Part shown: positions 1-5,582 of the stretch, in pieces | How the letters are laid out: every line of letters begins with the position of its first letter | Numbering within the stretch: the stretch's first letter is position 1 | Source: an uncultured archaeon | GTDB lineage: Archaea > Asgardarchaeota > Jordiarchaeia > Jordiarchaeales > Jordiarchaeaceae | Length of the DNA: 8,180 bases | NCBI GenBank assembly: GCA_964510585.1 | Contig: CAZECW010000197.1 | Coordinates: forward strand, 1 to 8,180 | Reading direction: 5' to 3' | Translations under genes and position numbers: made by a program | Notes under the pieces: model-generated | The model's database searches: none | What the model was told of the DNA's origin: nothing | What the model saw: only the letters and a program-made list of their open reading frames with translations

Positions 1-109
1 AGTCAGGTCATAAATTGTCTTTTTTGCATTCTTGGCTTTTGGAAACGGTTTAGTAGGTGGGCGGCTGTTCTCCTTGCACTTAGCCCCAACATAAAAAGAA
101 GCCTTTAAG

Positions 110-151
110 AAACCCTCCCTTCTTAGCAAAAGAGAGTTAAGGATGGGGTTT
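110..151. other. Imperfect stem-loop (inverted repeat) in non-coding DNA
   Basis: AAACCCT (110-116) pairs with GGGGTTT (145-151), and TTCTTAGC (120-127) pairs with GTTAAGGA (136-143), allowing G-U pairs; 8-nt loop AAAAGAGA. Function unknown. Confidence 0.4.
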
Positions 152-155
152 GGAA

Positions 156-220
156 AACCAGCATTGGGAAGCATATGCCAACAGCCGGACGTCTTTCCCC
201 ATACTGGTTGCAATTTTTTT
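156..220 (+). terminator. Long imperfect hairpin followed by a T7 tract; terminator-like or part of a structured RNA
   Basis: AACCAGCATTGGGAAG (156-171) pairs with TTTCCCCATACTGGTT (194-209): 13 Watson-Crick pairs, 1 G-U, 2 mismatches. TTTTTTT follows at 214-220. Confidence 0.35.
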
Positions 221-473
221 CGCCCAAATGAATATATCGGGAATCCAAGAAAGTGAAAACCTTATTTTGCAATTCTAGTACCTTTATATAATACAACGAT
301 GGTTCGTTTGATATAGCTGATGAGAGATGTTCTCCCATAAAAATTTTTGAAAACCTTTTAAAAATGGAGGATGTAAAAACACCCCGCAAAACACTGAGAA
401 ATAAAAAGCATCATTGTAGCAATAAGAGATTTGGCTTAATAGAAAAGGATAAATTGTATTTCGTATAAATATT

Positions 474-488
474 GAAAATACTTATAAA
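474..488 (+). promoter_or_regulatory. Putative archaeal BRE + TATA box for the GT2-GT4 unit
   Basis: GAAAATA (474-480) then CTTATAAA (481-488). The TATA centre is about 29 nt upstream of the TTG at 514, the spacing expected for a leaderless or near-leaderless archaeal mRNA. Confidence 0.5.
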
Positions 489-513
489 TTTTTTAAGGCT
501 GGGAGAAGTGTAA

Positions 514-1293
514 TTGGCAACAAATCTGGAACCGCCTTCAATTAAGAAGGACTCGGAATTTAATGAGTTCACAGATGATCAGTTGAGGGTATCGATTGTA
601 CTACCCGTTTATAATGAGGCTAAAGTGATTGAAAAAAATCTAGTGAAAATTATGGATTATGTCGAAAAATTTTTTAAAGATTACCAGATAATTGTTGCAG
701 AAGATGGGAGCAGCGATGGAACAGACCTTATCGTGAAACGATTAGTGGAATGTAATCCCAAGATTGTACACGTTCATTCGGATAAAAGGAGGGGCAAGGG
801 TTGGGCTCTGAAAAGGGCATTCAAAATTGCGAAAGGAAAGAAGGTAATCTTTATGGACGCTGACCTCGCCTCATCGCTTGAACAACTTCCACTGATGTTC
901 CGAATGATAGAGGAAGGATTCGCGTTGGCGGTAGGATCAAGGGCCATAAGGGGCTCAAAAGCAAAAAGGTTACCTCTAAGAAAATTGGCAAGTGAAATCT
1001 ATAACCTTCTTGTAAGGCTCCTCTTTATGGATGGAATTCACGATCATCAGTGTGGCTTTAAGGCGTTCAACCGTGACCTAGCCTTATCCATTCTCGACGA
1101 AATAAAAGATAACGGTTTCTTTTTCGACACTGAACTAATAATTAGGATGCGAAGGAGGGGGTACAGCATCGTAGAAGTGCCAATAAAGTGGGAAGAACAA
1201 GCAGATCGAGAGTCGAAATTCCGATTAGTACGTGATGGAATAAAAATTCTTATGAATCTATTTAAGCTGAGGATCAATTTATGGATAAGTTGA
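514..1293 (+). CDS. Glycosyltransferase family 2, dolichyl/polyprenyl-phosphate hexose synthase-like (ALG5/AglJ/DPM1-type), 259 aa
   Basis: Motifs SIVLPVYNE, EDGSSDGT, GKG, FMDADL (DXD), VGSR, DHQCGFKAF (compare DTQCGFK of ALG5-type enzymes), FDTEL and EVPIKW. TTG start. No C-terminal transmembrane/GtrA domain. Confidence 0.92.
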   Translation: MATNLEPPSIKKDSEFNEFTDDQLRVSIVLPVYNEAKVIEKNLVKIMDYVEKFFKDYQIIVAEDGSSDGTDLIVKRLVECNPKIVHVHSDKRRGKGWALKRAFKIAKGKKVIFMDADLASSLEQLPLMFRMIEEGFALAVGSRAIRGSKAKRLPLRKLASEIYNLLVRLLFMDGIHDHQCGFKAFNRDLALSILDEIKDNGFFFDTELIIRMRRRGYSIVEVPIKWEEQADRESKFRLVRDGIKILMNLFKLRINLWIS

Positions 1294-2393
1294 GCGTGCT
1301 TGCCTTCAATTGGCGAGACTTAACTAATCCGAATGCTGGGGGAGCCGAAGTTCATATACATCAAGTTTTAAAAAGATTTGTAAAATGGGGGCATGATGCG
1401 ACTCTCTTCTGTGGGGAATATAAAGGGTGTAAGAAAAAGGAAGAAATAGACGGGATAGAAATAATTAGGTCTGGCAATCAATACACAGTCTATTTGGCAG
1501 CATTAAAATATTACCTCAAAAAACTAGACTCCTTCGATATAGTGATAGACGACATAAATGGGGTTCCCTTCTTCACTCCATTGTATGTTAAGGAGCATAA
1601 AATTGCAATTATACATCACCTCGTAAAAAATATTTTTTTTAAGGAACTCCCCCCTCTTCCGGCAGTTATTGGATACACTGCAGAACAAACAATACCTTTA
1701 ATATATAGGCGAATCCCCATCATCACAGTTTCTGAGAGCTCAAAACTGGATCTAATCAAATTCGGTATCCCCAAAGATAACATTATTGTTATTCATAATG
1801 GAATTGACGATAATCCTCATGAATCATCCGATTATTTGAAGAGTCCATTTCCTCATATTCTCTATTTGGGTCGGCTTAAGAGATATAAAAATCTGGAGCA
1901 ACTGATTATTGCTACAAAATATGTTACTGAAAAATTGCCAGATGTAAAGCTATCTATAGCAGGAGAGGGAGATAGAGACTATAAATTTGAATTAAAGAAA
2001 CTGGCAAACGAATTGAATTTAAATAATATCCAATTTCACGGGTTTGTTAATAATCAGGAAAAATTAGAATTGATGCGAAAAGCTTGGGTATTTGTTACAA
2101 CCTCGGAGAGAGAGGGATGGGGATTAACTGTCATTGAGGCAAACGCCTGCAAAACACCTGCCATAGTTACTGATGTGCAGGGTTTAAGGGATACTGTTAA
2201 AAACAATGAAACAGGCTTCATTATACCCTATGGGAGACCTAAAACTCTCGCCAAAGTTATAACAAAAATCCTGACCGATAATGAACTGAGAGAAAGATTG
2301 TCAAAAAATGCAGTCGAGTGGTCAAAAAGATTTGACTGGAACAAAACCGCAAGTAAAATACTACAAGTTATAAAAAAAACCATTGCTCAATAA
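1281..2393 (+). CDS. Glycosyltransferase family 4 (GT-B, retaining), 370 aa
   Basis: N-terminal NWRD..NPNAGGAE, VSESS, HNGID, YLGRLKRYKN (R/K donor-phosphate binding), EGWGLTVIE (EX7E, 2112-2138), ETG and FDW. Overlaps the GT2 gene by 13 nt, suggesting translational coupling. Confidence 0.93.
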   Translation: MDKLSVLAFNWRDLTNPNAGGAEVHIHQVLKRFVKWGHDATLFCGEYKGCKKKEEIDGIEIIRSGNQYTVYLAALKYYLKKLDSFDIVIDDINGVPFFTPLYVKEHKIAIIHHLVKNIFFKELPPLPAVIGYTAEQTIPLIYRRIPIITVSESSKLDLIKFGIPKDNIIVIHNGIDDNPHESSDYLKSPFPHILYLGRLKRYKNLEQLIIATKYVTEKLPDVKLSIAGEGDRDYKFELKKLANELNLNNIQFHGFVNNQEKLELMRKAWVFVTTSEREGWGLTVIEANACKTPAIVTDVQGLRDTVKNNETGFIIPYGRPKTLAKVITKILTDNELRERLSKNAVEWSKRFDWNKTASKILQVIKKTIAQ

Positions 2394-2709
2394 AACGGCA
2401 CAATTATCTAGGCGTTTCCTATCGTGGGCGGGCACAGGTCGCGTGGAAACTGCTTCACCCTCTCCTTAAAATAGGACTTTAGGTACAGGAAAATTAAGTT
2501 ACTAAACCAAACCCTCCACATAGGGAGGCGCTTGAGTAAACTGCGCCAATGAAATATTAGGAACTTTGAAAAATGTATTTTTAGAAGTGCCTGTTTCTAC
2601 AACTCTAAAAATAAAAAATCGAAAAGGGTTCAAAAAATTTCAAATCTTAGTGAAAAACGTGTAATACTTTCATACTCTATGTTTTAACTGTGTTCTGAAG
2701 AAATTGTAA

Positions 2710-2724
2710 TAAAATGTTTATATA
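2710..2724 (+). promoter_or_regulatory. Putative archaeal BRE + TATA box for the 627-aa gene
   Basis: TAAAATG followed by a consensus TTTATATA (2717-2724), about 60 nt upstream of ATG 2786. The region is AT-rich, so a chance match is possible. Confidence 0.45.
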
Positions 2725-2785
2725 GTCTGACTGTAAAAGTATATTCGTTTTTGTAATTGTGAGAGAACTGATTTAAAAACTTCGT

Positions 2786-4669
2786 ATGGGTCGAAGGGAT
2801 TTGAGCTCAGTAAAACTTAGTATACTGTATGAGTTGTGGAGTTTTTTGAAAAATAAGTTTGTTATTTTTGGATTGGTGGTGAGACTTGTTCTGGCTCCCT
2901 TCTTTATGCACGAGTTTGATTTCAATCTTTTTGTTTCAACGGCTAGGGCTTATTATTCCTCTTGGACTATTACCTATTTTACCAACTGGGCTTATCCTTT
3001 GTTTTTTTATTTAATTTTATTATTTTCCTATTTTCCAGCAGATTTGATTAGCGACAATTTTTACTTATTTGGACAAACCATTTCGGTATCTGAGAAAATT
3101 TTTGTTAAATTGCCCTTCATTATTTCCGATCTGCTTATAGCATATATGTTGTATCGCATTTTATTTGAGAATGGTAAGGAAAGGTATGCTTTGTTTATTG
3201 CCTTATTTTATTTGTTGAATCCTCTCTCGATTTTCACAAGTTCAGTTTATGGCACTTTTGACTCTGTTTCGATTCTTTTTTCTCTACTTGGCTTCTACCA
3301 CTTTTTGCGTAAGAGATATGGTCTCAGCGGTTTAGAGCTTGGTGTAGGATTCGGGATAAAGTATCAACCTGTGGTTTTAGTTCCTGTTTTCTTATTGTTT
3401 ATGTGGAAAGAGGCGAGAAGAGAGATTCCAAAATTTCTTCTCTGTTTTGGAGTCCCCGCTGCTTTATCTATTATATTTCCCACTATAATTTATTATGATC
3501 CTCTAACTCACTATTGGACTTTTGGATTGTTTACAGCAAACTTTGCAGTGTCCAAGTTTCTGAGAGATATTTCTCAAATGTTGGACCCTAATCTGACATA
3601 CCGTGCTTATCTTCTTAGATGCGGATTTTTTGAAATACTAATTTACAGCTCTTTGATTGAAGTAGCTACTTTTGGTAGTTTATTCTTACTTTTTGTTTTT
3701 CTCGTTTGGCACAAAAGACTCTTTGAGCGTTACTCCAAGTCGAGGTTTGAATATCTTACGGCGTGTTCGGTAGCAGTTTATATGATATTTTACCTCTCAT
3801 ATGGGAGAATAAATGTGTATTATACTCTTTGGGCCATGCCCTTCTTATTGATCTTATTCTCCTTCAGGGAGCTTAATAGATTTTTGCTATTGACCTTTAA
3901 CTTTTTACCTTTAGCACAAAACTTCTCGCGCGATAGCATTTTCTATTATTTAAATGGAAATTATACATACAGTGCTTATTTCTTTTCAGGGATGGTGCAG
4001 CCCTATGGAGTCGGTTATGCTACATCGGTAGCTACGGGGTTTCTGTTTTCTCTATCTTGTATTTTAATATTCCTTTCACTATTCAAGGATGCCGTTAATA
4101 TCTATCAACCCTTAAAAAAAGTCCACCAAGTTTTTAAACAGATTCCAGAGAGAAGGAAAACAATGATTTTAAGTTTAATTCTAGCATCGATTTTCCTCTT
4201 TATAGTTTCATCTCTCAATAGTAATGGTCTCTATTGGTCAGGTTATCCTGTAACGTTTTATACGCCTATAGAGCGGGATCCTCCACTACAATCAAAACTA
4301 TTGTTCGCTTACCTACTTATAGTTTATTTATTGCCTTTAACATCTTCTATATCCATTTCTCTAAGTACTAATGTGGACTCAGGTAAAAGTAAATGGAGAA
4401 ATTGGAAGCTGGCAATCCTACTTGTATCAATTACGTCTTCGATAATCTTGGGATGCATTATACTTAATGCTACTCTCCCATATGTTGCTAGCGGAACTGG
4501 ATTCTTCTTCGGCCAGATTCCACTTTTTGGAATTGAAAGAGTTTTGTGTGAACATGGAGGAATTATTACGACAATTCTTATTCTAATATCTTCTACGGTT
4601 GCGCTAGACTTGATATCTAAACCTTGGATCTCTGATATAACTACAAATTTTATTGAGACCGAAGATTAG
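2786..4669 (+). CDS. Polytopic membrane protein, GT-C-fold glycosyltransferase-like (GT87/DUF2029/PIG-M-type), 627 aa
   Basis: Many hydrophobic segments. TM1 ends GLVVRLVLAP and is followed by the acidic loop motif HEFD (residues 42-45). YP, KLPFIISDLL, LNP, GTFD and GFGIKYQP match the pattern typical of GT87/PIG-M-like GT-C enzymes. The CDS is certain; the family is assigned by eye. Confidence 0.75.
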   Translation: MGRRDLSSVKLSILYELWSFLKNKFVIFGLVVRLVLAPFFMHEFDFNLFVSTARAYYSSWTITYFTNWAYPLFFYLILLFSYFPADLISDNFYLFGQTISVSEKIFVKLPFIISDLLIAYMLYRILFENGKERYALFIALFYLLNPLSIFTSSVYGTFDSVSILFSLLGFYHFLRKRYGLSGLELGVGFGIKYQPVVLVPVFLLFMWKEARREIPKFLLCFGVPAALSIIFPTIIYYDPLTHYWTFGLFTANFAVSKFLRDISQMLDPNLTYRAYLLRCGFFEILIYSSLIEVATFGSLFLLFVFLVWHKRLFERYSKSRFEYLTACSVAVYMIFYLSYGRINVYYTLWAMPFLLILFSFRELNRFLLLTFNFLPLAQNFSRDSIFYYLNGNYTYSAYFFSGMVQPYGVGYATSVATGFLFSLSCILIFLSLFKDAVNIYQPLKKVHQVFKQIPERRKTMILSLILASIFLFIVSSLNSNGLYWSGYPVTFYTPIERDPPLQSKLLFAYLLIVYLLPLTSSISISLSTNVDSGKSKWRNWKLAILLVSITSSIILGCIILNATLPYVASGTGFFFGQIPLFGIERVLCEHGGIITTILILISSTVALDLISKPWISDITTNFIETED

Positions 4670-4739
4670 TTAAACTTCGTAATTTGATTCTTTATTAATG
4701 GAAAAATGATACATTTTAGTAATTGGCTACTGGTAAAAA

Positions 4740-5465
4740 TTAAATTAAAATGTTTTTATTTTTAGTTGATTTAAACTTTTTAGCTATTACGCAAAGTTCT
4801 AAATATCCGCTTTTTAGAAATGACTTTCTGAAAATGGTAGTAAATTTAGTATCAAGTAATTTCATTATAAATCCATTTATTCCAAATGGATCAATTCCCA
4901 AAATTTCTGATACCTCGAAATTATTATTAAGAAATAGCGACTTCAAGTCATTATAAGTATAGGATTTTTCATATCCATGCTTCCATGATCCAAAATGAAT
5001 TAGTTGATAGAGTTTCCATAAAGAAAACCTTGCTGGTACAAAGGTAATCATATAACCATTGTCTTTCAAAATTCGCCTCATTTCTTTCAAAAAGGGTCTT
5101 TCATCCCAGAGGTGCTCCATTAATCCTGCGCTAAAGATGAGATCAAATTTGTTATCCGCAAAAGGCGTCTTTCTGCAATCAGATAAGAAAGAATTTGGAA
5201 TCTCCCTTCTTACTAATTCGATGGCAACTTGGCTGTTATCTAAAGCATAGCATTCCACATCATCTCTATTCTTTTTTATTAACTTAATATTGGAACCATA
5301 ACCACATCCTACCTCGACGACTTCTTTTCTCGACGAACCTAACTTGTCTAAATAACTATTTATTATTTTATCTCTCTCTAGAATCAACCATCTTTCGGCC
5401 TTTGACACCGAATATTTCGCCCAATGATCATCCCAATTTGTCATATTAAAACCACTTCTCTTCAT
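4740..5465 (-). CDS. Class I SAM-dependent methyltransferase (Methyltransf_11/25-like)
   Basis: Motif I VEVGCGYG, post-I LDNS, PFADNKFDLIFS, GLMEHL and LKEMRRILKDNG. The ORF track starts at TTG 5483; ATG 5465 is preferred because GGTGA (revcomp of 5473-5477) lies 7 nt upstream. Confidence 0.92.
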   Translation of the reverse strand: MKRSGFNMTNWDDHWAKYSVSKAERWLILERDKIINSYLDKLGSSRKEVVEVGCGYGSNIKLIKKNRDDVECYALDNSQVAIELVRREIPNSFLSDCRKTPFADNKFDLIFSAGLMEHLWDERPFLKEMRRILKDNGYMITFVPARFSLWKLYQLIHFGSWKHGYEKSYTYNDLKSLFLNNNFEVSEILGIDPFGINGFIMKLLDTKFTTIFRKSFLKSGYLELCVIAKKFKSTKNKNILI

Positions 5466-5490
5466 AGAAGATTCACCATTCAATAGTTTA

Positions 5491-5555
5491 ATCTACCCGA
5501 AAAATAAAAATATTCAATACTTGAAAGAAGTGTTTTAATATCTACCCCAAAAATA
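5491..5555. repeat. 16-bp imperfect direct repeat (2 copies) flanking a short palindrome in the divergent intergenic region
   Basis: ATCTACCCGAAAAATA (5491-5506) and ATCTACCCCAAAAATA (5540-5555) are 15/16 identical with a 49-nt period. TTCAA-TAC-TTGAA lies between them at 5513-5525. Confidence 0.75.
5523..5541 (+). promoter_or_regulatory. Putative BRE + TATA box for the 5583-7109 gene
   Basis: Purine-rich GAAAGAAGTG followed by TTTTAATAT (5533-5541). An SD-like GGAG at 5573-5576 sits 6 nt before ATG 5583. Confidence 0.35.
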
Positions 5556-5582
5556 TTTAGGCCCTGTTTGGCGGAGAACATT

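Noticed and set aside
1-108. Plus-strand frame open from the window edge (SQVINCLFCILGFWKRFSRWAAVLLALSPNIKRSL*), possibly a gene's 3' end; WKRFSRW faintly recalls IS5-type transposases
   Set aside because: Only 35 codons, no diagnostic motif, and it competes with an equally open minus-strand frame. It cannot be resolved without upstream sequence.
1-261. Minus-strand frame open from 261 to the edge, beginning GFHFLGF (similar to the group II intron RT motif GFDFLG) and preceded by TRIAK*
   Set aside because: There is an in-frame stop immediately upstream, no YADD at the proper distance, wrong spacing to downstream motifs, and no domain V RNA signature. Most likely coincidence.
123-389. 88-aa minus-strand ORF from the track
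   Set aside because: No recognisable motif or SD, and it overlaps the hairpin region. Probably spurious, though not excluded.
1625-1654. A6-TA-T8 and C6 tracts inside GT4 (also A8 at 2372-2379) as possible phase-variation sites
   Set aside because: The tracts are short, are expected at this AT content, and the reading frames are intact.
2626-2645. GGGTTCAAA resembling a tRNA T-loop
   Set aside because: No surrounding cloverleaf, acceptor stem or CCA.
477-5522. AATACTT occurs upstream of three transcription units (477, 2663, 5516)
   Set aside because: A 7-mer in very AT-rich DNA, at inconsistent distances from the starts, with no shared flanks.
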